Positions 14,827-23,271 of a stretch of 34,013 bases of DNA are shown here, in pieces (the first letter of the stretch is position 1; each line of letters starts with the position of its first letter). The DNA is from Gammaproteobacteria bacterium (lineage in GTDB: Bacteria > Pseudomonadota > Gammaproteobacteria > Steroidobacterales > Rariloculaceae): contig DATFFV010000103.1 in NCBI GenBank assembly GCA_035249885.1, forward strand, positions 1 through 34,013, read 5' to 3'. The notes under the pieces were generated by a model. That model made no database searches, was not told the DNA's origin, and worked only from the letters and a program-made list of their open reading frames with translations. Both the position numbers and the translations under genes were made by a program.

Positions 14827-17622
14827 TTAGCCCGTCGCCGTCGCCGGCTCGCGAGCTCGTTCGACGCGCGCCGCGCAATACTTGAACTCCGGAATCTTGC
14901 CGAACGGATCGAGCTTCGGATTCGTCAGGCGATTCGCGGGGCTCTCGGCGAAGCAGAACGGCATGAACACGGAGCCTTCCGCGACTTCACGGTCGGCGCG
15001 CAAGATGGCCTCGAGCTCGCCGCGCCGCGTCGCGACCGTGATCCGGTCGCCCTGATGCAGCCCGCGCTGCTGCATGTCGCGCGGGTTCATCGCGGCGATG
15101 CCGACGGGCTCGATGGCGTCGAGCACGCCCGCGCGGCGCGTCATCGCGCCCGTGTGCCAGTGCTCGAGCAGCCGGCCCGTGGTCAGCACCAACGGATACT
15201 CGGCGTCCGGCAGCTCGTCGGGCGGCAGCAAATCCGCGGGCACGATCTTCGCGCGGCCGTCGGCCGTCGGAAAGCCTTCCGCGAACGCGATTTGCTCGCC
15301 GGGTAAGTCCGGCGCCTTCGACGGATAGATCACCGAGTCTTCGCGGTCGATGCGTTCCCAAGAGATGTTCCGCAGCGACGGCATCGTCGAGGCCATCTCG
15401 GTGTAGACATCGGAGACGTGCTCGTACTTCCAGTCGAGGCCGATGCGCCGCGCGAGCTCGACGATGAGCTCCCAGTCCTGGCGCGCGTCGCCGGGCAGAT
15501 CGAGCGCCGGGCGGCCCATCTGAATCTGGCGGTTCGTGTTCGTGTATGTGCCTAGCTTCTCGGCGTGCGCGGATGCCGGCAGCACGACGTCGGCGTACCA
15601 CGCCGTCTCCGTGAGAAAAATATCCTGCACGACGAGGTGATCGAGTTTGGCCAGCGCCGCGCGCGCGTGGTCTTGATCGGGATCGGACATCGCGGGGTTC
15701 TCGCCCATGATATACATGCCCGCGATCTCACCTTCGTGCACGGCGTCCATGATCTCGACGACGGTGAGGCCGCGCTTGGGATCGAGCGTCTGGCCCCAAA
15801 AATTCTCGTACCAGCCGCGGATGTCGAGCTTCTCGACCGACTTGTAGTCCGGGAAGTACATCGGGATCAGGCCCGCGTCGGACGCGCCCTGCACGTTGTT
15901 CTGCCCGCGCAGCGGATGCAGGCCCGTGCCGGGCCTGCCGATCTGGCCCGTGATCAGCGCGAGCGCGATCAAGCAGCGGCTGTTGTCGGTGCCGTGCGTG
16001 TGCTGCGAGATGCCCATGCCCCAGAAGATGATCGACGCTTTCGACGTCGCGTAGATCCGCGCGACGTCGCGCAGTACGCTCGCTTTGATGCCGACGACGT
16101 CGGCCATGGCTTCGGGCGAGAAATTTTTCACCTTGGCCTTGAGCGCCTCGAATCCCGTGACGTGGTCGCGAATGTAGTTTTCGTCGTAGAGCTTCTCGTC
16201 GACGATCGTGTGCAGCAGCGAGTTCAGCAGCGCCACGTCGCTGCCGGCTTTGAACCGTAGCGCGTGCGTCGCGTGGCGCATCAAGTCCTGGCCGCGCGGA
16301 TCGATGACGATGAGCTTTGCGCCGCGTTTCGCGGCTTGCTTGAAGAAGGTAGCCGCGACCGGGTGGTTCACCGTCGGCCGCGCGCCGATGACGACGATGC
16401 ACTCGGCGTCCATGGCTGCGTTGAACGGCGCCGACACGGCCCCCGAGCCGATGCCTTCCATGAGTGCCGCCACGGACGAGGCGTGGCACAGCCGCGTGCA
16501 GTGATCGACGTTGTTCGTCTCGAAACCCGTGCGCACGAGCTTCTGGAATAGGTAGGCCTCTTCGTTCGAGCCCTTCGCCGAGCCGAACCCGGACAAAGCC
16601 TTGCCGCCGCGCGCGTCGAGAATCTTTCTCAAGCCGGCGGCGGCACGCGTCAGCGCTTCCTCCCAAGTGGCTTCGCGGAAAACACTGAGACGGTCGGCGT
16701 AGAGCCTGATCGAGTCCTCGAGCTTCGGCGCGTCGTCGCGGCGGATCAGCGGCTTAACGAGGCGCTCGGGCGAGGCGACATAGTCGAAGCCAAAGCGGCC
16801 CTTGACGCAGAGCCGATTCTCGTTCGCGTAGCCGTTGCGGCCGTCGACCTGCACGACGCGGTTGTCCTTCACGGCCACGGCCGTCTGACAGCCGACGCCG
16901 CAGAACGGACATAGCGTGTTGACGACGTTGTCGAACTTCTGCACGGCGCGCTTCGTGGCCGTCTTGTCCATCAAAGACTTCTCGTAGAGCGCGCCGGTCG
17001 GACACGCCTGGACACACTCGCCGCACGTGACGCAAGTCGAGAGCCCCATCGGGTCGTGGATGTCGAACACCGGCACGGAGTGACTGCCGCGCAGCCCCAT
17101 GCCGATGACGTCGTTGACTTGGACCTCACGGCACGCGCGCACGCATGCGCCGCACGCGATGCACGCATCGAGGTTCACCGCGATCGCGGGGTTGGAAACG
17201 TCGAGCTCGGCCGGCTCATGACCGTTGCCGAACTTCGACGCATAGCGCTTGCTGCCGGCGATGCCCATCGACGACGCCCATTCCCAGAACGGCGCCTCGT
17301 TGTCGGGGCCTTTGTCGCGCGGACGCATGTTGCTCGCGAGCAGCTCGAAGACCATCTCGCGCGATTTCGCCGCGCGCTGCGACTGCGTCTGCACATCCAT
17401 GCCCGCCGTCGGCTTGCGGATGCAAGAAGCCGTCAGCACGCGCTCGCCTTTGACCTCGACCATGCACGCACGGCAATTGCCGTCGACGCGGTAACCCGGC
17501 AGGTCCACATGGCACAAGTGCGGGATTTTCGTGCCTTCGCGCTTGGCCACTTCCCAGATGGTTTCGCCGGGATTCGCGGCCACCTGCTTGCCGTCGAGCG
17601 TGAAGACGATCTTGTCGCTCAT
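14827..17622 (-). CDS. fdsA: NAD-linked formate dehydrogenase alpha subunit (bis-MGD Mo/W enzyme with N-terminal 2Fe-2S and 4Fe-4S domains), Cys-type
   Basis: N-terminal 2Fe-2S ferredoxin-like domain (CHVDLPGYRVDGNCRACMVEV). Two ferredoxin-type motifs follow (CIACGACVRAC, CVTCGECVQACP), then the 4Fe-4S of the MGD domain (CPFCGVGC). The active-site stretch is VDHCTRLCHASSV, with Cys where E. coli FdhF has Sec. There is no in-frame stop. Confidence 0.95.
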   Translation of the reverse strand: MSDKIVFTLDGKQVAANPGETIWEVAKREGTKIPHLCHVDLPGYRVDGNCRACMVEVKGERVLTASCIRKPTAGMDVQTQSQRAAKSREMVFELLASNMRPRDKGPDNEAPFWEWASSMGIAGSKRYASKFGNGHEPAELDVSNPAIAVNLDACIACGACVRACREVQVNDVIGMGLRGSHSVPVFDIHDPMGLSTCVTCGECVQACPTGALYEKSLMDKTATKRAVQKFDNVVNTLCPFCGVGCQTAVAVKDNRVVQVDGRNGYANENRLCVKGRFGFDYVASPERLVKPLIRRDDAPKLEDSIRLYADRLSVFREATWEEALTRAAAGLRKILDARGGKALSGFGSAKGSNEEAYLFQKLVRTGFETNNVDHCTRLCHASSVAALMEGIGSGAVSAPFNAAMDAECIVVIGARPTVNHPVAATFFKQAAKRGAKLIVIDPRGQDLMRHATHALRFKAGSDVALLNSLLHTIVDEKLYDENYIRDHVTGFEALKAKVKNFSPEAMADVVGIKASVLRDVARIYATSKASIIFWGMGISQHTHGTDNSRCLIALALITGQIGRPGTGLHPLRGQNNVQGASDAGLIPMYFPDYKSVEKLDIRGWYENFWGQTLDPKRGLTVVEIMDAVHEGEIAGMYIMGENPAMSDPDQDHARAALAKLDHLVVQDIFLTETAWYADVVLPASAHAEKLGTYTNTNRQIQMGRPALDLPGDARQDWELIVELARRIGLDWKYEHVSDVYTEMASTMPSLRNISWERIDREDSVIYPSKAPDLPGEQIAFAEGFPTADGRAKIVPADLLPPDELPDAEYPLVLTTGRLLEHWHTGAMTRRAGVLDAIEPVGIAAMNPRDMQQRGLHQGDRITVATRRGELEAILRADREVAEGSVFMPFCFAESPANRLTNPKLDPFGKIPEFKYCAARVERAREPATATG

Positions 17623-17623
17623 C

Positions 17624-19300
17624 TCAAATGCCCTTTCGGAACAGTGTCAGCAGGTGGGCCACGGGGTTCGGCGCCGCCTGACCGAGGCCGCAGATCGACG
17701 AATCGCGCATGACGGTCTCGAGGTCGCGCAGCGCCGGTTCGTTCAACGCGCCCTTGGCCTTGAGCAGCGCGACCATTTTATCAGTGCCTTCGCGGCACGG
17801 AGTGCATTGGCCACAGCTCTCGTGCTTGAAGAATTGCAGCAGGTTGATCACGGCGTCCTTGACGTCGTCGTGGTCCGAGAACACCACCACGGCGTGCGAG
17901 CCGACAAAAGCGCCCACTTTGGCGAGCTCCCCGCCGAAGTCGAGGGGAAGGCCGGCCATCGACGCCGGCAAGATGCCGCCGGAAGCGCCGCCTGGCAGGT
18001 AAGCCGTGAATCGGTGGCCGTCGAGCATACCGCCGCAATAGTCGTCGATGAGCTCGCGCACCGTGACGCCCGCCGGCGCCTGCACGACGCCGGGCTTCTT
18101 GACGCGTCCGGACACGGACCACGAGCGTGGACCGGGGTGGCCCTCGCGTCCCTGCTTCGCAAACCACTCGGGGCCCTTCTGCAGGATGTCGCGGATCCAC
18201 CAGAGCGTCTCGACGTTCTGGTTCAGAGTTGGGCGCCCGAAGATTCCGACCTCCGCGATGTAGGGGGGGCGATTGCGCGGCAGGCCGCGCTTGCCTTCGA
18301 TGCTTTCGATCATCGCGCTTTCTTCGCCGCAGATATACGCGCCCGCGCCGCGGCGCAGCTCGATGAATCCGGGAGGCGCGATGCCGGCAGCCTCGAGCGC
18401 CGCGATCTCGCGTCGCAAGATTTCGAGCACACCGGGATACTCGTTACGCATATAGAAATAGATGCGCTGCGCTTCCACGGAATGGGCAGCGATCAGCGCG
18501 CCTTCGAGCGTGCGGTGCGGATCGCGCTCGAGGAACCAGCGGTCCTTGAAAGTGCCGGGCTCGCCCTCGTCGCCGTTGATCGACATGAAGCGCGGCCCGG
18601 CGTAGGAGCGCACGAATTGCCACTTCTTGCCGGGTGGAAAACCGGCACCCCCGAGGCCGCGCAAGCCCGAGGACTGTAGCTTCTCGATGATCGCCTCGGC
18701 ACCGACCTTTCCGGAGCGCACGGACTCGTAGAGCTCGTAGCCGCCGCCGGCGCGATACTCCTCGAGCGCGATGTACTTCGGGACTACGACATCGGTGCGC
18801 CGCTCGCGCGCGTCGCGGAGCAACCCTTCGATCGTAGCGTTCTCGACCTCGCGGTCGCCGACGCGAGCGGCGGGTGCGCCCGCACAGCGGCCAATGCAGG
18901 CGGCGCGCACGACGCGGACCTGCTTCGGATCGACCCCGGCGCTCAAGCGCTCGATGAGCTGGTCGGCGCCCGCAATCATGCAGCTGATGGATTCGCAGAC
19001 GCGGATCGTCACGGGCGCGGGCTTCTGCTCGCCCTCTTTGACGATGTCGAAGTGGTCGTAGAAGGACGCGACCTCGTAAACCTCGGCCTGGGACAGGTGC
19101 ATTTCCTCGGCCAGCGCGCGCAAGTGGCGCGCCTCGAGGCAGCCGTACTTGTCCTGGATCAGGTGCAGATGCTCGATCAATAGGTCGCGGCGCCGTTCTT
19201 GCGCCCCAAGCAGCGCGCGAACGTCGGCGAGCGCCGCGTCGTCGACGACGCGGCCTTTCGGCCCGCGCTCGCGCCGCGAGCGCGGAGTTTCAGGCCTCAT
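17624..19300 (-). CDS. fdsB: Formate dehydrogenase beta subunit, fused NuoE-like (2Fe-2S) + NuoF-like (FMN/NAD, 4Fe-4S) diaphorase
   Basis: The N-terminal third is NuoE/FdsG-like (...VCESISCMIAG...ACIGRCAGAP). The remainder is NuoF-like: GLRGLGGAGFPPGKKW, GEESAMIESIEGKRG, ESCGQCTPCREG. The stop lies 1 nt before the alpha-subunit ATG. Confidence 0.9.
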   Translation of the reverse strand: MRPETPRSRRERGPKGRVVDDAALADVRALLGAQERRRDLLIEHLHLIQDKYGCLEARHLRALAEEMHLSQAEVYEVASFYDHFDIVKEGEQKPAPVTIRVCESISCMIAGADQLIERLSAGVDPKQVRVVRAACIGRCAGAPAARVGDREVENATIEGLLRDARERRTDVVVPKYIALEEYRAGGGYELYESVRSGKVGAEAIIEKLQSSGLRGLGGAGFPPGKKWQFVRSYAGPRFMSINGDEGEPGTFKDRWFLERDPHRTLEGALIAAHSVEAQRIYFYMRNEYPGVLEILRREIAALEAAGIAPPGFIELRRGAGAYICGEESAMIESIEGKRGLPRNRPPYIAEVGIFGRPTLNQNVETLWWIRDILQKGPEWFAKQGREGHPGPRSWSVSGRVKKPGVVQAPAGVTVRELIDDYCGGMLDGHRFTAYLPGGASGGILPASMAGLPLDFGGELAKVGAFVGSHAVVVFSDHDDVKDAVINLLQFFKHESCGQCTPCREGTDKMVALLKAKGALNEPALRDLETVMRDSSICGLGQAAPNPVAHLLTLFRKGI

Positions 19301-19336
19301 CGGAAGTCCCTCTCCCCGCTCGATTGGCCGGCACGG

Positions 19337-20596
19337 TTAGAGCAGAGAGGCATATGTAAAACAATCCACCATCTGTCCCGGTTCGACTTGCGTGACGCTT
19401 TCCTCGAGCTCGACCACGCCGTCCGTATCGACTAACGAGGATAGCAGCCCGGCACCCTCGCGCGGAAATTTCACGGCCTCGAGCGTGCCGTCCTGGCCCT
19501 TGCGCAAATGGACGCGGACGTACTCCCGGCGTGCGGGTTTCTTGCGATAGAGAAACTGCGCCCGGACGGGAACCGCCGGCGGCGGCGACCACTGCGTACC
19601 CGCGAGCGCGAGCAGCGCGGGGCGCGCGACGCGCGCGAAGGTCACGAAGCCCGCGACGGGATTACCCGGCAGGCCGATGAACGGGGCGCCGTCGATCACG
19701 CCCATCGCAACGGGGCGCCCCGGTTTCATCGCGATGCGCCAGAACACCAACGTGCCGACACTCTCGACGGCGGCCTTGACGTGATCTGCGTCACCGGTCG
19801 ACACGCCACCCGAGCTCAAGATCAGGTCGTGGGACCGTGCGGCGCTCTTGAGCACCTCCGCGACGGCCGCGCTATCGTCGCGGCGAATGCCGAGGTCGCT
19901 GACGACGCAGCCGATGCGACGCAGCATGGCGGCGAGCATGACGCGGTTCGAGTCGAAGAGCTGGGTTTCGCGCCTCGCGGCGCCGGGCTCGACGATCTCG
20001 TCGCCGTTGGAAAACACGGCGACCTTCACGCGTCGCCGAACCTTGAGCTCCGTCAGCCCCATCGCCGCCGCCACCGCCACGTCCTGCGGGCGCAGCCAGC
20101 GACCCGCGGGCACGATGACGCTTCCTGCGGCGATATCCTCGCCCGCCGGCCGCACGTTGGCGCCTCGCTTGAGCCCGGGGGGTAACAGCACGCCACCCGC
20201 GTCGTCGGCGCGGGCGTCCTCTTGCATGTACACGGTGTCCGTACCCGGAGGCAGCGGCGCCCCGGTAAATATGCGAATCGCTTCGCCAGCGGCGATGGGC
20301 AGCGCTGCGGCCGCGCCGCCCGCTGGCAACCGGCCGGCCACGCGGAACAGGCGCGGCTCGGCGCTCGGGACGTCCTCGCCGCGCACGGCGTAACCGTCGA
20401 CAGCGGAGTTCGTGAACGGCGGCAATTGCAGCGTCGCGATCAGGTTTTCAGCGAGAACCCGCCCGTCGGCAGCGGGCAGCGCGGCGGTCTCGACACCGTC
20501 CACCGGGCTGAAGCGCGCGACGATCGCTGCAACCGCGTCGTCGACCGACAGGATTTTTGCGCCGGACGCAAAGCAGTCTTGGGAGAGCTGCGCCAT
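19337..20596 (-). CDS. moeA: Molybdopterin molybdenum/tungsten-transferase MoeA
   Basis: NSAVDGYAVR, ...IFTGAPLP.GTDTV, SSGGVSTGDADHVK, GLPGNPVA. Start at ATG 20594..20596 (MAQLSQDCF...), 2 nt downstream of the fdhD stop. The ORF-track start at 20737 would overlap fdhD by about 140 nt. Confidence 0.9.
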   Translation of the reverse strand: MAQLSQDCFASGAKILSVDDAVAAIVARFSPVDGVETAALPAADGRVLAENLIATLQLPPFTNSAVDGYAVRGEDVPSAEPRLFRVAGRLPAGGAAAALPIAAGEAIRIFTGAPLPPGTDTVYMQEDARADDAGGVLLPPGLKRGANVRPAGEDIAAGSVIVPAGRWLRPQDVAVAAAMGLTELKVRRRVKVAVFSNGDEIVEPGAARRETQLFDSNRVMLAAMLRRIGCVVSDLGIRRDDSAAVAEVLKSAARSHDLILSSGGVSTGDADHVKAAVESVGTLVFWRIAMKPGRPVAMGVIDGAPFIGLPGNPVAGFVTFARVARPALLALAGTQWSPPPAVPVRAQFLYRKKPARREYVRVHLRKGQDGTLEAVKFPREGAGLLSSLVDTDGVVELEESVTQVEPGQMVDCFTYASLL

Positions 20597-20598
20597 CG

Positions 20599-21474
20599 TC
20601 AACTCGAGATGCGGTCGGGCCGGCTGTAGACGTTGAAGCGGTCGGCCTTGAGGAAGCCGACCAGCGTGATACCGAACTCGCGCGCGAGCTCGACGGCCAG
20701 CGACGACGGTGCGCCGACGGCCGCGACGAGCGGGCAACCCGCCATCTTGGCTTTCTGCATGAGCTCGAAGCTCGCCCGGCCGCTCACGATGACGCCGTTG
20801 TGCTGGAGCGGCAGCTCGCCGCGCAGCAACGAGTGACCGATGAGCTTGTCGAGCGCGTTGTGCCGGCCAACGTCCTCGCGCAGCCCGACGATCGTGCCCG
20901 CGGCGTCGAACAAGGCCGAGGCGTGCAGGCCGCCCGTTTGCTCGAATACGGCTTGCTGAGTTTTCAACGCCGCGGGCAGCCGACCGAGCGCCGCGCCCGT
21001 CATCTTGAAATCCATGGCACCGACGTCGTACTGGCCCTGCACGGCCACGGCGTCTATCGAAGCCTTGCCGCAGACGCCGCAGCTCGACGTCATGTAGAAA
21101 TTCCGTTCTAGGCGCTTGAAGTCGACCGGAACGCCGGGCGTCAGTTCGACGCGAACGACGTTGATCAAGCCGTCGGCCGCGCGCTGCCCGCGCGCTACCA
21201 CGCCTTGCACGTCCGTGCGCGCGCGGATGATGCCCTCCGTGAACAGGAACCCGACGGCGAGGTCCTCGTCGTGTCCCGGCGTGCGCATCGTGACCGAAAC
21301 CGGCTCCTCGGCGCGGCTGCCGTCGCGGCGTGAGTAACCCAAGCGAATCTCGAATGGCTCTTCGGTAGCAACGAGATCGGGGTCGTCAGCGAGCCCGAGC
21401 TCGCCGCCGCGGAAGCGACGCACCTCGAGGGGGCGCGTCGATCGCCGCCCGCCCGCGTCGTCTAAGTCGCCCAC
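20599..21474 (-). CDS. fdhD: Formate dehydrogenase accessory sulfurtransferase FdhD
   Basis: The SSCGVCGKASI catalytic loop, GGLHASALF and GRHNALDKLIG are all present. The GTG start at 21472..21474 overlaps the upstream gene by 13 nt. Confidence 0.9.
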   Translation of the reverse strand: MGDLDDAGGRRSTRPLEVRRFRGGELGLADDPDLVATEEPFEIRLGYSRRDGSRAEEPVSVTMRTPGHDEDLAVGFLFTEGIIRARTDVQGVVARGQRAADGLINVVRVELTPGVPVDFKRLERNFYMTSSCGVCGKASIDAVAVQGQYDVGAMDFKMTGAALGRLPAALKTQQAVFEQTGGLHASALFDAAGTIVGLREDVGRHNALDKLIGHSLLRGELPLQHNGVIVSGRASFELMQKAKMAGCPLVAAVGAPSSLAVELAREFGITLVGFLKADRFNVYSRPDRISS

Positions 21475-22637
21475 GACGAACCCACCTTGCGCACGAGGCT
21501 CGCATCGATGTCGCGAAGGGACGGGCAGCCGAGCAGCGCCATGTCACGCGCGAGCTCGGTCTTCAAGATCTTGAGCGCCTGGACGACGCCGGCTTCGCCA
21601 CCCGCGCCGAGGCCGTAGAGGTGCGGCCGACCCGCCGAGCACGCGCGGGCGCCGAGCGCGAGCGCTTTGAGAATGTGCGTGCCCCGCCGCACACCGCCGT
21701 CGAGTATCACCTCGAGGCGATCGCCGACGGCGTTGACGATTTCCGCGAGCACGTCGAACGGCGCCGGTGAGAAGTCGAGTTGGCGGCCGCCGTGGTTCGA
21801 CACCATGACGGCGCTCGCCCCGATATCGGCCGCGCGCTTCGCATCCTCGCGGGTCTGTACGCCCTTGATCGCCAACGGGCCGCCCCACTCCTTGATCATC
21901 CACTCGGCGTCCTTCCAGGTGACGCTGCGGTCGATCTGCGCGTTCAGGTACTGAATGATGCCGCCGAGCTTGTCGCTGCCGGGCGGCGGCCGATGCGCGA
22001 CGTTCGCGACCTCGATCTTCGGGGTCGTCAGGTGCTTCATGACCCACTTCGGCTTCATCGCGATGTCGAGCAGGCTCATGAGCGCGAGCTTCGGCGGCAC
22101 CGTCATGCCCGTTGCGATATCGCGCTCGCGGTTGCCGGATACGGTCACGTCGACGGTGAGCTGCAACGCGACATAGCCGGAGTCCTTCGCGCGCTGCACG
22201 AATTCGCGGCTCAAACTCCGGTCCTTGAACATGTAAACCTGAAACACTTTCGGCCCGGGGGAGAGCTTGGCCGCGTCCTCGATATTCGTCGACGAGATGC
22301 TCGACAACGAGAAGATCGTGCCGCTCGCATGCGCCGCGCGCGCCGTGCCGCCCTCGCCTTCGTGATGGAACAAGCGCTGCAAGGCAGTCGGTGCGCAGAA
22401 GTACGGCCAGTCGATCCGGTGGCCGAACAGCGTGGTCGACATGTCGATCGTCGAAACGTCGACCAGCGCGCGCGGCAGGAGCTCGACGTTATCGAACGCA
22501 GCCGTGTTGCGGCGCAAGGTCCACTCGTCGTCAGCGCCACCGTCGATGTAATGGAACATCGGCGCCGGCATCTTCTTTTTCGCGAGCTTGCGCAGCTCCG
22601 CGATGTTGTAGCAGCGCTCGACACGCCTCGAAAACAC
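21462..22637 (-). CDS. FMN-dependent alpha-hydroxy acid dehydrogenase/oxidase (LldD / glycolate oxidase family)
   Basis: N-terminal YNIAELRKLAKKKMPAPMFHYIDGGADDEWTLRRN, ...LQLTVD..V.GNRERD..., VSNHGGRQLD, and GGVRRGT..LKALALGA. GTG start at 22635..22637, preceded by GAGGG. Confidence 0.9.
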   Translation of the reverse strand: MFSRRVERCYNIAELRKLAKKKMPAPMFHYIDGGADDEWTLRRNTAAFDNVELLPRALVDVSTIDMSTTLFGHRIDWPYFCAPTALQRLFHHEGEGGTARAAHASGTIFSLSSISSTNIEDAAKLSPGPKVFQVYMFKDRSLSREFVQRAKDSGYVALQLTVDVTVSGNRERDIATGMTVPPKLALMSLLDIAMKPKWVMKHLTTPKIEVANVAHRPPPGSDKLGGIIQYLNAQIDRSVTWKDAEWMIKEWGGPLAIKGVQTREDAKRAADIGASAVMVSNHGGRQLDFSPAPFDVLAEIVNAVGDRLEVILDGGVRRGTHILKALALGARACSAGRPHLYGLGAGGEAGVVQALKILKTELARDMALLGCPSLRDIDASLVRKVGSSWAT

Positions 22638-22713
22638 GTAACGCCCTCGCGTGGCAACGAAAATTCAGTCCAACGGGGCAGTATACCGGCGGCCCGTGCT
22701 CGGGCGCGTCGGC

Positions 22714-23073
22714 TCAGCCGGCCGTTCCTGCTCGTCGGGTGGGGTCGTCCCCACTGCCGCGCCGGGTGGGGTCGTCTTTCTCGAGCACGATCTGCAGCAC
22801 CTTGCCGCCGCCGATCGGTTGGCTGCCTTCGACTGAAACCTCCGCGGGCCGGAGCCAAAGGTCCAGACGCGCCTTGGGTAACGTCACGAGCAACGCGGCC
22901 CCCGTGAACGTTGCGGTCACGGCCCCGGTCGGCCGCACCTCGATCCCATAGCGCAGACTCTGGTCCGACGAGAACCGCACGAGATCCTCGAGCTTGCCCT
23001 TGTCGGCAATCTTCGCGAGCTCGGTCTTCGTGACTCGCAAACGAACGGAGTTGCCGCGGATCCTGAGTTTCAT
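22714..23073 (-). CDS. Conserved-looking hypothetical protein (119 aa)
   Basis: MKLRIRGNSVRLRVTKTELAKI... has clean ORF-like composition up to ...QIVLEKDD. The tail carries an in-frame 9-codon duplication (DDPTRRGSG/DDPTRRAGT). No family confidently recognised. Confidence 0.55.
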   Translation of the reverse strand: MKLRIRGNSVRLRVTKTELAKIADKGKLEDLVRFSSDQSLRYGIEVRPTGAVTATFTGAALLVTLPKARLDLWLRPAEVSVEGSQPIGGGKVLQIVLEKDDPTRRGSGDDPTRRAGTAG

Positions 23074-23271
23074 CCTTGCCCGGTCGAACCGAAAACGGGG
23101 CGCATTTTAGCAGCCATCGGCGGCCCGCCAACCCTGGCGGTTCGTACTGCCGGACGTCTTTTAGGACCCATCCAGGAGTGCTCGTAAGCTGTTTGTCATA
23201 TAATCCGCCGCGGACGACAGGGGTGGCGGCCATACAACGGCCCCCGGAGAACGGCAGTTGCTGGGAGTTCT

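Noticed and set aside
14827-17622. Possible selenocysteine (in-frame TGA plus SECIS) in the formate dehydrogenase alpha subunit
   Set aside because: The frame is open throughout, and the position aligned with FdhF Sec is a Cys codon (HCTRLCHASS). This is therefore a Cys-type enzyme.
19337-20737. Long N-terminal extensions in the ORF track. Cases: moeA to 20737, esterase to 1383, ALDH to 5753, hpnM-like to 25677, azlD to 26057, GT2 to 29307.
   Set aside because: The extensions are Arg-rich filler that would overlap upstream genes or the inverted-repeat element. Internal ATG/GTG codons give canonical N-termini, signal peptides or 1-4-nt coupling overlaps.
23199-23204. TATAAT hexamer 68 nt upstream of mvaS as a sigma70 -10 box
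   Set aside because: There is no acceptable -35 element at 16-18 nt (GAGTGC at the 17-nt spacing). I kept it only as a note, because the evidence is too weak to annotate as a promoter.
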